Origin: Candidatus Njordarchaeota archaeon
GTDB taxonomy: Archaea; Asgardarchaeota; Njordarchaeia; Njordarchaeales; Njordarchaeaceae
Direction: 5' to 3'
Assembly (NCBI GenBank): GCA_029856625.1
Contig: JAHKLG010000001.1
Location: 20,361-52,360, forward strand
DNA: 32,000 nt
Part shown: one piece after another, positions 17,485 to 28,100 of the stretch
Position numbering within the stretch: the first letter of the stretch is position 1
Layout: each line of letters opens with the position of its first letter
The notes under the pieces: model-generated
What the model saw: only the letters and a program-made list of their open reading frames with translations
Databases searched by the model: none
What the model was told of the DNA's origin: nothing
Made by a program: the position numbers and the translations under genes

Positions 17485-19674
17485 ATGGTGACTGCATTGG
17501 TTTCTTGGACTGAAAAACTAAAAGATTTTATAAAAGTATTCAGAATTCCATTAGCCGCAGCGATTAATTTTATAGCATTATTACTCATAACTCTCATTGC
17601 TCTCCTGATAAGATTATACCCTCTAATAGCTTATGGACCATCTCTTAGAGCGTATGATACTTTTATTCAGTTTGAAGCTGCAAGGTTTATTGAGGAACAT
17701 GGTCTTAAAGAATTTCTAACTGCCATAGACTATATGGTATGGTACCCCTGGGGTAGACGGTGGAACGTGTTATATATTGGGGTTCCACTAACGGGTGCGC
17801 TTATTCACAAGCTATTAGCACTCTTAGGCTATGAAGTTGATCTCCTATCAGTAGTAGTTGTTATTCCTGCAATCTTTGGCAGTCTTACAGTGATTTGGAT
17901 TTACCTTATTGCAAAAGAACTTAAAAGCTCGCGAGCTGGGCTATTTGCCGCCTTCTTAGCAGCAGTAAGTCCAGGGCTCATACAGAGGACTCTTGTTGGT
18001 TTTTATGATAATGAGGCGATAGGTATATTCCTGATTTTCCTAACATTGTATCTCTTTATAATGGCGTATAAGAGGGAATCTGCTATTCTAGCTGCATTAA
18101 GTGGGATTACGCTAGGTTTGCTTGGATGGACGTGGGGTCTATATAGGTATATAGTCGATTTACTGGCATTATTTATCATAGTTCTATGGATATTAGGCAA
18201 GTTAGATGATAAGGTAGCCCTTACATATACCATTGCAACACCCATTACCCTTGGCCTCATAGCTATTCTTCCAAGGAATTATGGTATACTGCTGAGGGCT
18301 GATGGCTTACTTGCTCTTCTAGCACTTTTCATAATAATCATTAATTATCTGGCTTCTTTCATTGGAGAAGCCTTACCGGGTGGTAAAAGAGAAGCATATA
18401 GGTATATATTAGCTGTAGGGCTTACGGGCATGATAATTTTAACAATATATCTCTACGCCACAGGACAACTGATCACACTAGGTGGGAAGTTCTTAAGCGT
18501 TATTAACCCAGCCCTAAGAAATGCCCTACCAACATTCAGTAGCGTTAGCGAAAACCAGCCAGCTTCTTGGGGCACTATATTCTTCGGAGCCTTTGCAATT
18601 ATTATTTTTGCTCCTATTGCAATTAATTATGCCCTAGAGAAAAGAGATCCCGATTCTATCATGTTACTACTGATAATGTTAACGGGTTTCTACTTTGCCG
18701 CGAGCATTTCCAGATTCATTGTAGTAGCGGCGCCAATATTAGCGATACCAGCGGGAATAGCTATTGATTATATCTTAGATCCATTTACAATAGCGCTAAG
18801 AAAGGAATGGATCTTACACCCCATAAGACCAGTTAGATTACTAACTGGAGAGCTAAGATTACCCAGGAGTGAGGCGGTAGTCGCGTATATGATTATAGGA
18901 ATGGTGCTTCTTCTTTCTCTCTATAACGGAGTAATTGCTATTAAGGGATTCTCATCTTATGATATCAGTAGTGATGAATTAAAGGTCTTTGAATATCTCA
19001 AACTTTATGCAAAACCAACAGACGTAGTATTAAGCTGGTGGGATTATGGTTATAGGCTCAGGGCATATGCTAATGTAACAACACTAGCTGATAATGGCAC
19101 AAATAACTCTACCCAGATGGGGATTGTGGGAGCAATGCTGATACTGCCGGATAATGAGTCGATAAAGTTATTGAGAGCGTATAACGTTAAATGGATCGTA
19201 GTTTATACGGTTGATCTATTCAAAGCAATTTGGATGATAAGAATTGCAGAAAAATATGCGCCACAATATAATATAACTGAGGAGAAATACTTTGATAAAG
19301 AAAAAAGTGTTTATAAGAGACCGTTTTTTGATAGTTTACTATGGAAGCTCCTTGCTTATGGAGAAGAACCATCAACGGTCTCTAACTGGCTTAGAGTAAT
19401 AGCAGAAGAGTCCCTTAGACAGAATCCTTCTGGGCTTATTCCAAGCCAACTAGTGTACTTTAAGCAGATTATTGCTGGAGATCAAGTAAAGTTATACAAA
19501 GTAATTTACAGAGATGAAGTTATTCCGCCGCAACCTGTGAAAGGAGGGAATGAGACTATCGAAGAAAGAGCCCAAATAGAGGCCTCCATTAGTTATAAAT
19601 CGGTATTTCTAACAAGCTCAGAGGATATTCTCCAATTAATGCTAAGGGAAGAATTTCTTATGGTTAAAGAATAG
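17485..19674 (+). CDS. aglB: Oligosaccharyltransferase STT3/AglB
   Basis: N-terminal RAYDTFIQFEAARFIEEHG, multi-TM, GFYDNEAIGIFLIFLTLYLF, catalytic-domain VLSWWDYGYRLRAYANVTTLADNGTNNSTQ (WWDYG). Confidence 0.96.
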   Translation: MVTALVSWTEKLKDFIKVFRIPLAAAINFIALLLITLIALLIRLYPLIAYGPSLRAYDTFIQFEAARFIEEHGLKEFLTAIDYMVWYPWGRRWNVLYIGVPLTGALIHKLLALLGYEVDLLSVVVVIPAIFGSLTVIWIYLIAKELKSSRAGLFAAFLAAVSPGLIQRTLVGFYDNEAIGIFLIFLTLYLFIMAYKRESAILAALSGITLGLLGWTWGLYRYIVDLLALFIIVLWILGKLDDKVALTYTIATPITLGLIAILPRNYGILLRADGLLALLALFIIIINYLASFIGEALPGGKREAYRYILAVGLTGMIILTIYLYATGQLITLGGKFLSVINPALRNALPTFSSVSENQPASWGTIFFGAFAIIIFAPIAINYALEKRDPDSIMLLLIMLTGFYFAASISRFIVVAAPILAIPAGIAIDYILDPFTIALRKEWILHPIRPVRLLTGELRLPRSEAVVAYMIIGMVLLLSLYNGVIAIKGFSSYDISSDELKVFEYLKLYAKPTDVVLSWWDYGYRLRAYANVTTLADNGTNNSTQMGIVGAMLILPDNESIKLLRAYNVKWIVVYTVDLFKAIWMIRIAEKYAPQYNITEEKYFDKEKSVYKRPFFDSLLWKLLAYGEEPSTVSNWLRVIAEESLRQNPSGLIPSQLVYFKQIIAGDQVKLYKVIYRDEVIPPQPVKGGNETIEERAQIEASISYKSVFLTSSEDILQLMLREEFLMVKE

Positions 19675-19704
19675 TCTATAACACCCCATATTTTCTTCCA
19701 AAGT

Positions 19705-20622
19705 TTATTTCTTTAATAACTTGTCAAGATATAATTTCAACTGATGAGCTTTACAAATCCTTCCAACAGCGGGGAATCCGCATATCTGGCATTTATTTAT
19801 TTTTACATCTTTACGAAATAATTGCTCTTTCATAGCAATTCTCTCGCTAAACCGTAAGACATTATGCAACGTTCCAGGATGTTCTCTTTCTACTTCACTT
19901 AACCATATACGGATATTCCACCGCATTGCCTCGGTTGCATAAGGGCAAGGGACATCGTTATATTCTATACCGGTAAGATGAGCATAAAGTGTAATTTCTC
20001 TTTCTGGTATTTCCCTAAACGGTTTCACTCTGGGCACTACATTTTCTGCAAGTTTTCTCGGTCTGGGATCCATTTTAAGGAGGTTTTGGAAATTCCCTCT
20101 CAAGATATTTAAAATGACAGTTTGCGCTTCATCATCTAAACAATGCGCTGTAGCTAATCTATCAGCCCCAGCTTTAAGCGCGAGATAGTTGAGTCCCCAT
20201 CGCCGCCATACGCCACAGAAGGTGCATGTAGCATAAATCCTTTCCTTGCGTTGAATGCTAGCGACTTCATCTATGGAATAACCGAATAACTCCTTATAAC
20301 TCGCCTCTAGTAAAGGTAGTCCAAGTTCTTTTGATGCTCTGCGCACAATATCTCTTGAGACATCCGAATATCCCCTAATATTCTCGTCTAGATGTATTAT
20401 TATTAGCTCTGAAGGAAACTTTTGTTCAATTTCATATAGAACATGTAATAACGTCATGCTATCCTTTCCGCCAGAAACAGCTATTGCTATCTTACTATCT
20501 CTTTCGAACATTTTCCATTTCTGAATAGTTTTAAGCACTCTTCTCTTGAAATATTTGATAAACTCTTCACGGCAAAAATATCTACCAGCATCCGCCTTAT
20601 AATATACTGGCTGACAACCCAT
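19705..20622 (-). CDS. TtuA/Ncs6-family tRNA thiolation ATPase (start set at MGCQPVYY; the ORF track starts at 20703 and overlaps tfs)
   Basis: PP-loop AIAVSGGKDSMTLLHVL; CTFCGVWRRWGLNYLALKAGADRLATAHCLDDEAQTVILNILRG; C-terminal CQICGFPAVGRICKAHQL. Confidence 0.9.
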   Translation of the reverse strand: MGCQPVYYKADAGRYFCREEFIKYFKRRVLKTIQKWKMFERDSKIAIAVSGGKDSMTLLHVLYEIEQKFPSELIIIHLDENIRGYSDVSRDIVRRASKELGLPLLEASYKELFGYSIDEVASIQRKERIYATCTFCGVWRRWGLNYLALKAGADRLATAHCLDDEAQTVILNILRGNFQNLLKMDPRPRKLAENVVPRVKPFREIPEREITLYAHLTGIEYNDVPCPYATEAMRWNIRIWLSEVEREHPGTLHNVLRFSERIAMKEQLFRKDVKINKCQICGFPAVGRICKAHQLKLYLDKLLKK

Positions 20623-20663
20623 ATTAAACAGCCTAATGATTAAACAACGCAATTGATGAAAGT

Positions 20664-21008
20664 CTAGGAATATTCTCTCCAAGTGTACCCACATTTTGTG
20701 CATTTGTATATTCGTGTAGGTGGTTCATCAGCAGCTCTAGTTTGAACTATTTCAACATATGCTCCGAGATTTCCGCACTTAGGACATTGAACCTTCACAA
20801 TTGTTCCTCGCCTCTTTATTTTTGCTTCATCGATAACCACCATCATGCTAACTGGCTTGTCTAGCACAATTGCTGATCTCTCTTGGGAAACTTTACTATT
20901 GGTTACTTCTTTTGTCCAGTGACATACTGGGCATTCATAAATCACAACATCTCCTCTTGTCTCCTTTACTTTCATAAATGAACCACAACGTTTACAGTAT
21001 TCTGGCAT
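20664..21008 (-). CDS. tfs: Transcription factor S / Rpo-associated Zn-ribbon protein (TFS)
   Basis: CKRCGSFMKVKETRGDVVIYECPVCHW and CPKCGNLGAYVEIVQTRAADEPPTRIYKCTKCGYTWREYS; the acidic DE hairpin motif is present. Confidence 0.94.
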   Translation of the reverse strand: MPEYCKRCGSFMKVKETRGDVVIYECPVCHWTKEVTNSKVSQERSAIVLDKPVSMMVVIDEAKIKRRGTIVKVQCPKCGNLGAYVEIVQTRAADEPPTRIYKCTKCGYTWREYS

Positions 21009-21025
21009 TGCTGATTCACCGCTCT

Positions 21026-22255
21026 TTAGTGGTTACCAGAATTAAGAGGATAGGGAGCAAATGGAAAACACGACTTGAAGATAATAGCAAGATAGTCTCT
21101 AATATTCTTTAAATTTTTTTCTCGAGCTTTTCTTACAAGAGTTAACCTTAATTGCTCGCGAAGCTCATTCCAAACTCTGAGATATTTTTTCATGGAATTT
21201 TTCTCAGGGTATGAATTACCTTTTATTTTTTCCATAGAATGCGGAATAAAAATACCTTTTGCGGGCCAGAGTAGCTTGAAGGAAATCCAATAAAGGTGAG
21301 AGATTTCAGCAGTATTTAATGATTCTGATTCATTGATTATACTACTAGGATCCCACGCTATAACAAAGATGGTATTATTCATTCTTGATAGGAGTTTTCG
21401 GCATCCTAATAGATGATACGTCATTAGGAAATAAAACGGATTATAACTCTCAGAAAGTTCAATCCAATGGCTAATTTCTTTCAAATGATCGTTAAGATGA
21501 GTTTCTCTTAGATTTTCTGAGTCGATAATATGCTGAATTCGTGAGGATATAGTGTCTGGGACTAAAAAGTGATATGTAAGAAAATCACTCTCCTCCGCAA
21601 TTTTATTAAGTAGTTTGATAATGAGGAGATCGGTCGAGACTCCATTTAGAATTATTTCCACATCAATTTTCTTTTTCACGATCCTCCAAATCTTACTAAG
21701 GGTTCCTTTGAGAACATCGAGTAAGTTTTCATTTTTCAAGGATCTTGGGGTGAAGCTTATACTAACATTATCAATAAGAGCTTTTTTCCCAAGGGGAAAG
21801 GGCTGAGGAGAAAACCCCATACGCCAAATCCACTCTTTTCGCGTAGAAAATACAAAACCATCAGGTAATCTCGAGAAATATAATGGGTGAGTATCTGCGG
21901 GATCGCGCCATATAGCTATTGTACTTTTTTTAATTTCACCAGCTACGTATGGAATAATTGTTTCCCTGATTCTAGGAACTTTTAACTTTGTTACAATAAA
22001 ATGCTCGTTCAGTATACTAAAACCACTATTGTAATCTCCTATAGCAATAGTTTCTACGTCGCTACGCTTTCTTTTGAGTCCTCTAAGCCCCGATAGAACA
22101 ATGATATCTGATGGAATTCTGAATGCTCGCAAATAATTCCAAGGGTCTTCCGCGATCATTGCTATAAAAAATTGTTTCTCTAAATAACTACTGAAGTATA
22201 TATCATTTTTCATCATAGGAATCATCTTCAACTTCCTTATAGGCTGTCGATTCAA
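21026..22255 (-). CDS. Asparagine-synthetase (class II Gln amidotransferase / PP-loop)-like protein, degenerate; start may be ~22213-22225
   Basis: IAIWRDPADTHPLYFSRLPDGFVFSTRKEWIWRMGFSPQPFPLG mirrors AsnB 'ARDP.G..PLYY...G..FASE'. VEIILNGVSTDLLIIKLLNKIAE sits where the SGGxDS PP-loop should be. Overlaps the top6B ORF by about 50 nt. Confidence 0.55.
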   Translation of the reverse strand: MNRQPIRKLKMIPMMKNDIYFSSYLEKQFFIAMIAEDPWNYLRAFRIPSDIIVLSGLRGLKRKRSDVETIAIGDYNSGFSILNEHFIVTKLKVPRIRETIIPYVAGEIKKSTIAIWRDPADTHPLYFSRLPDGFVFSTRKEWIWRMGFSPQPFPLGKKALIDNVSISFTPRSLKNENLLDVLKGTLSKIWRIVKKKIDVEIILNGVSTDLLIIKLLNKIAEESDFLTYHFLVPDTISSRIQHIIDSENLRETHLNDHLKEISHWIELSESYNPFYFLMTYHLLGCRKLLSRMNNTIFVIAWDPSSIINESESLNTAEISHLYWISFKLLWPAKGIFIPHSMEKIKGNSYPEKNSMKKYLRVWNELREQLRLTLVRKAREKNLKNIRDYLAIIFKSCFPFAPYPLNSGNH

Positions 22256-23933
22256 CGCTTCTTTCGATACTTAATTCAATAAGATCGGCTAAGGAAGCAA
22301 ATAAGTACTCTTCAGAGTTAACTACGGTATCCCGGAATTTATCATCAGTCTTTAGAATTAGAGAGAGACTTCTAACGATATTCTTAGCATAATGCATGAA
22401 GGTTCTCTTGCGTTTTAGCTGTATCTCTCTCCGTCTCTTCTTATTTAAATATTCTCGCAATCTTCTAAGGCATTCTAAGATGCCAAGTTTTATTTCCCGA
22501 CGTAGCACGTCTACATCATCAATAAAGTCCTTAGAAGTTTCCGAAAATGGTATCTTAGTACTCACCACTGAGACAAAAATGGCTATAGGATCTTCGTCTT
22601 TCTTAACATCATACCTGCTCCAATCGATACTTTCAATCACTTTCCAAGAAACATCACTTTTTTCTTTATATAATAGGGGTACCCGATTAGCAAATCTGTA
22701 CAAATGAATGCCAGAAGTAATATTTCCTCCGTAAGCTAGTCCTATTTCTACGATCATTGGATGACCCATGTATGCAAATGGTTTTCGCTGAGTAACGTAT
22801 ACAAACTCGGGTCTTAGCACTTTTCGAATACCCTCTTCTAGTAATTTAGTACCTAAAGGAGAAAGGCAAGATGGATCTGGCGGCTTAAACCTGAATTTAC
22901 GGGCAACCTCTACTATTGCGGCGATTATCTTCTCACTTCTTAGGATTTCTTCTAGAGGCGTCTTAGGATCTATACCCACAACATGTAGAAATTGTTTAGC
23001 GGTCTTTAGGCCTATTCTCTGAAATTCCTTTACGAGGAATTCTTCTATAGTTCTCGCTTTACTACCTTTTAATAACATGGTTAATGTTTGTGCATCTATT
23101 CCCTGGAGGTGATATTTAGAAGGCCTAGGTGGAGGAGGCATTTCGTCAGTTACTCTTTCGTACGCATGAATATTCCCATCGGGGTCTTCAAAAATAAAAG
23201 TAGCATAAGGAGTTATTATCGCCATTTGCTTAAAATATTCGAAGATATATCTTTTTGAACGCTTCCAATCTCCTAAAATAAACACTTTGATGATTGTACC
23301 ATGTTTGAGAGGTCTATTCCAAGGGTCTCTAAATTTGTTCTTTGGTATTCTCTCTTTAAGCTTCACTATGGGTTCATTTCTTATTAGATCTATTTTTAAC
23401 TTATAATGTGAAACAAATTTGTCCTGTTTCCGGGTACTCCAGATTTCCACGGGAGCGTTAGTTTCCATGAGAGAGTAAATAATAACCATTTTTCCTCCGA
23501 GGCCAAACCTGCCCCTTTGCTGTATTAAAGCATATTTTGTTGACGTTAATACCCGTCCCATCAAGAATGGGATTTCCCCATACGACATTCCAGAACCATT
23601 ATCCGCTACTATTAATTCATAAATTTCAGCAGAAGAGCTCTCTTCTTCCGTTTCTAGGACTTTCCCTTTCCTCTCCTGAAGTGCTTTCAATTTTTCCTTT
23701 ATTTCCTCAGAAATTCCTATTAATTCTTTAATTTCGCTAGCAGAAGGTTTTCTGAGTCTTACCCTTATTTCTGGTAACACATTAACGCTTTCGGCAGCGT
23801 CTAGGGAGTTCTCGACAAGTTCTCTTATGGATGTAAATAATGCCTTCGCGGGGTTGCCGAATCCAGCTATGCTTCTATTGTCAGCAAAGAACTTAGCTGG
23901 TGATACAGACAATGCTTGTTGCCCATAAGTCAT
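22203..23933 (-). CDS. top6B: DNA topoisomerase VI subunit B
   Basis: GHKL ATPase: KALFTSIRELVENSLDAAES, IVADNGSGMSYGEIPFLMGRVLTSTKYALIQQRGRFGLGGKMVIIYSLMET; transducer domain follows. Confidence 0.96.
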   Translation of the reverse strand: MTYGQQALSVSPAKFFADNRSIAGFGNPAKALFTSIRELVENSLDAAESVNVLPEIRVRLRKPSASEIKELIGISEEIKEKLKALQERKGKVLETEEESSSAEIYELIVADNGSGMSYGEIPFLMGRVLTSTKYALIQQRGRFGLGGKMVIIYSLMETNAPVEIWSTRKQDKFVSHYKLKIDLIRNEPIVKLKERIPKNKFRDPWNRPLKHGTIIKVFILGDWKRSKRYIFEYFKQMAIITPYATFIFEDPDGNIHAYERVTDEMPPPPRPSKYHLQGIDAQTLTMLLKGSKARTIEEFLVKEFQRIGLKTAKQFLHVVGIDPKTPLEEILRSEKIIAAIVEVARKFRFKPPDPSCLSPLGTKLLEEGIRKVLRPEFVYVTQRKPFAYMGHPMIVEIGLAYGGNITSGIHLYRFANRVPLLYKEKSDVSWKVIESIDWSRYDVKKDEDPIAIFVSVVSTKIPFSETSKDFIDDVDVLRREIKLGILECLRRLREYLNKKRRREIQLKRKRTFMHYAKNIVRSLSLILKTDDKFRDTVVNSEEYLFASLADLIELSIERSVESTAYKEVEDDSYDEK

Positions 23934-24206
23934 CCATTACCCTCCCAAAGATTGTGACAGGGGATCTCGGGGAGTTTTTTCTTAACAATATGGATATAAA
24001 TATAGAACCTAGAGCGCTCATAGCATTTTTTAATCTTGAGTTTGATAATAACGGTCTATACTCTCAAATTTGCTGAAGTATCCGTACTTTACCTTTCGTA
24101 CCCAAATTTCTAATCACATTGTATATGAGGGGATTGAATGTGCGCAAATAATGATACAGTAAGGTTCAAATCGAAAAATTCTTTAGCATATTATACGCAT
24201 CTAAAA

Positions 24207-24214
24207 TATTTAAA
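24207..24214 (+). promoter_or_regulatory. Candidate TATA-like element upstream of the MglA-like gene (possibly leaderless)
   Basis: tatttaaa, about 26 nt before the GTG start at 24236. Confidence 0.3.
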
Positions 24215-24235
24215 GAGTCATATTTTTGGAATAGC

Positions 24236-24907
24236 GTGGTGCCTTTAGTGGTATATATTGCTAGGGATGGGAGCTATAGATTCAAGATCATTCTCTATGG
24301 CCCCTCTCTTTCCGGGAAAACTACAATGTTAAGGAAGTTTAAAGAAACGAACTCTGATAATCTTGGAAAAATTCTCTCAATCGAACAAAGTGATGGTAGG
24401 ACGATATTCTTTGATTATACGACATTGCGTGTTCATAGAAATGTTTTCTGTGACATTTATACAGCTCCTGGACAGAAAAGGCATCGTAAGCAAAGATTGA
24501 TTCTTCTCAAAAGTGTGGATGGGGTGATATTTGTAGCCGATAGTGATCCACGAGCTGTAAGAGAGAACTTGGAGAGCATTAGGGAGCTAAGAATGTTCTT
24601 TGGATCAAGATTTAAAACGCTCCCCCTTGTAATTGCACTGAATAAGAGAGATCTACCAGATGCCTTACCTATGACTGTTTTGCTGAGAATTCTAGAACTA
24701 AATAGACCATTTGTAGCCTACCCAACAATAGCTATTAGGGGTCTTGGAATCGATATTGTATTCCGAAACGCCATTAGGTTAACAGTTCTTTCTAAGTTAG
24801 CTCCATCTATTTATCGAATGGAATTACTAGAGCTTAGTAGAAGGGAACCCTATTATGGGGTTATAAAAGAAAGTATTCGTGAAGATGCGATCTATGCGTT
24901 AGGCTAA
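24236..24907 (+). CDS. MglA-like small Ras-superfamily GTPase
   Basis: G1 GPSLSGKTT, MglA-type IYTAPGQKRHRKQR (TxPGQ instead of DxxGQ), VDGVIFVADSDPRAVRENLESIREL, G4 NKRDL. Confidence 0.85.
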   Translation: MVPLVVYIARDGSYRFKIILYGPSLSGKTTMLRKFKETNSDNLGKILSIEQSDGRTIFFDYTTLRVHRNVFCDIYTAPGQKRHRKQRLILLKSVDGVIFVADSDPRAVRENLESIRELRMFFGSRFKTLPLVIALNKRDLPDALPMTVLLRILELNRPFVAYPTIAIRGLGIDIVFRNAIRLTVLSKLAPSIYRMELLELSRREPYYGVIKESIREDAIYALG

Positions 24908-25169
24908 TGTGTTCGATTTAAAAACACATAGTAAAAATAATAAAAGGTTCTTAGAATTAGCTGTGTGCGGCTACTATATTTGGGGAAAAATCACATGTGT
25001 TCACAAGTTAATATGTTTTCTTCCCAATCGGGATGCGTAAACTTTTAATATTTAATTATGCCATGTCTCTTTCTCTTTATTGTAGTAGTGGTAAGAGACT
25101 GAGATATTATGATTGTCTTTAATATATTCTTCCTTCTCTCTTGACCTTATTCTTATTGGGGAGATTACC

Positions 25170-28100
25170 ATGTACTTTGAGATTCCGAAAAAATTAGCAA
25201 GCATACGTTTTGGAATATTCTCACCAGAGGATATTAGAAAGTTAGCAGTAGTTCGAGTTGATCAACCCACCCTATATGATGAAGAAGGAAGAGGTTTTCC
25301 TGGTAGTCCCCTAGACAGAAGATTAGGTGCACCTGATAATAGAGAACGTTGCGAGTATTGTGGACTTAGAAGGAGAGAAGGAGAAACAGGTTGCATAGGA
25401 CATTTTGGATACATTTCTCTTGCAATGCCGGTTTATCATCTTGGATTTGTCAAACAGATTGAGAAGATCTTAAACGCTATTTGTGAGAAGTGTGGTCGAT
25501 TAACTCTCCCACCCGAAAAGCGCGAAAAATACTGGGCTAGAATGAAAGAATTTATTGAGAGGTATGGATATCCAAGCTTAGAGATCGCTAAAGAGGTATT
25601 AAGTGAGGCTATAAAGGAAAAGAAATGTCATATTTGTGGACATGAGAAAAAGGGAAAATTCATCTGGTCTAAGGATTATTTAACTTTCATTAAGCGTATT
25701 GAGGTGTCGAGTGAAAAAATTGAGGAATTAAAGAAATTGGAGAGGAGAGAGTTCTTTTTCCAATCATTTAATAGAAGAAAGCCAAGGATCGTTAAGGGTC
25801 GAGGAAATAAATATTATGAGCATAGATATTTAACGGCAGAGCAGATTAGGCAGATTCTTGAAATGATTTATGATCCTAAGGAAGATATGTCTCCAGAAGA
25901 AAGAGAAGAAAGGAGAAAAGATGTTTTCTTGATGGGATTTCATCCCGACTACGCATTACCTCAATGGACTATACTAAAGGACTTACCAGTCCCCCCTATA
26001 ACTGTACGACCGCCGGTAATTACAGCTGATGGCAAGAGGTCAGAAGACCATTTGACAATTACACTTCGTGATATTGTAAGAATAAATGAACAGCTTAAGA
26101 ATAAACTGAGAGGAGGACCTTCACCAGTAATCGAATCTAATTGGCAGAAACTTCAAAAACTGGTAATGGCACTGTTTGGTCTTCATAGAGTAGGCGAGAT
26201 AAAGTTAGAGAGTCTTTATGTTAAAGGTATTGTTCATAGGTTATCTGGTAAGGAGGGTAGATTCCGACATAATCTGAGCGGTAAGAGGGTTGATTATTCG
26301 GGCAGAGCAGTGATTTCCCCAGATCCTTATTTGAGTATTGATGAGATAGGTGTTCCAGAAAAGATGGCCCGAATTCTTCTTGTTCCAGAAGTTGTTAATG
26401 AGCTTAATATAGAACGACTGAGACAATTAGTCATTAATGGGCCGGATAATTACCCTGGAGCAGTATTTATCTGGCAGAAAAAAGGAGAGATTTATCAGAA
26501 GATTTCCTTAGAAGTTTTTAAAGGTGTAGAGGAAAGAAAAGCAAAAGCACTAGAATTAAAACCAGGAGACATAGTAGAGAGACACCTAATGGATGGCGAT
26601 ATTCTAGTATTTAATAGACAGCCAACGCTCCATAGGATATCCATGATGGGGCACTATGTAAGGGTTCTTCCATACAATACCTTAAGGCTGCATCTTCACG
26701 CATGTCCACCATATAACGCTGATTTTGATGGAGATGAGATGAATGTTCATCTGCCAAGGTCTCTGGAGACGCGTGCAGAGATATCAACAATAATGGAGGT
26801 TAAGAGGCATATCATAACACCTAGGTATGGAGGGCCGATCGTTGGTCCGAAACAAGATTACATAACGGGAGCTTATCTCCTGACCAAAGATGATGTATTA
26901 TTATCTAAGGAAGAGGCGTCGCAACTATTATTTTATGCTGGAATTAATTATTTACCCGAGCCCACGACAATTCTTGGTAATAAACCATATTGGAGTGGTC
27001 GGGATATTTTCTCACAGATAATTCCCCGGTATATTTTCTATGAGCGAGAAATTAAGAGCACTCTTTGTGGTAAGAAGGAGCAGGGTAAATGCAAGGTTAA
27101 GATATGGAATGGAAAAATACTCGAAGGGGTTATTGATAAAAACGCTATTGGCGCTGAGAAACCCGAAAACCTGATCCAAAGAATCATTGATAGATGGGGG
27201 TACGATGCAGGTAAGAAATTCCTAAATAGCATGGGTGCTATGATAATCAGATACCTGACAGATAGAGGATTTAGCTTAACTCTCTGGGATGTTAGACTAC
27301 CCAAGGAGGCCAAGGATAGGATAAGGGAGATATTACACGAATATGTGGAGAAGGCAAACAAATTAGTGATGCAGTACTTAGAGGGAAGATTAGAGCCAGA
27401 TCCAGGAAAGACTGTAGAAGATACATTCGAGGATAGACTAATAGAAATTCTCGATGAAGCTAGGACTAAGGCTGGAGAAGTAGTGATGAAGTGCATGCCA
27501 ATGGATAGTCAATTTATGGTAATGACTGTCACAGGAGCGCGTGGCGATGAAACGAATATTCAGCAGGTATTAGCTTGTATCGGTCAGCCAGTAGTTAGAG
27601 GAAAGCGTTTAAGGAGAGGCTACGATCAGCGTACATTACCACATTTCAAGAAAGGAGATGTTGGTCCTTATGCCGGTGGCTTCACTATTAACAGCTTTAC
27701 TTCTGGTATGTCTCCTATAGAGTACTTCTTCCATAATGCAGGTGGTAGAGATAGCTTAGTAGACACTGCCGTTAGAACCGCAGACAGCGGTTACTTCTAT
27801 AGACGGTTAGTTAATGCTCTTCAAGATAGTAGAATAGAGTACGATGGTACAGCTAGAATGATGAGCGGTCATATTATACAATTTAAGTATGGTGGAGACG
27901 GCATTCATCCTGGAAAAAGTTTCCATGGAAAACTCATGGATTACGAATCCCTCTTCTATGAGTTGCTCGTGAAGCGAGAAGAGAACAGTAAAAAAGCAAA
28001 GAAAACAAGAAAGCAGTGGCCTAAGTATTATAATAGGGTGATCAGTACTTTAGCTGAGAAAACATCCAAAGCAGTTGCCGAGGAGGTTAAAAGCATATTC

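Noticed and set aside
26241-27496. Antisense ORFs within rpoA (26241..26426, 27038..27496)
   Set aside because: Opposite strongly conserved RpoA core motifs; no independent support.
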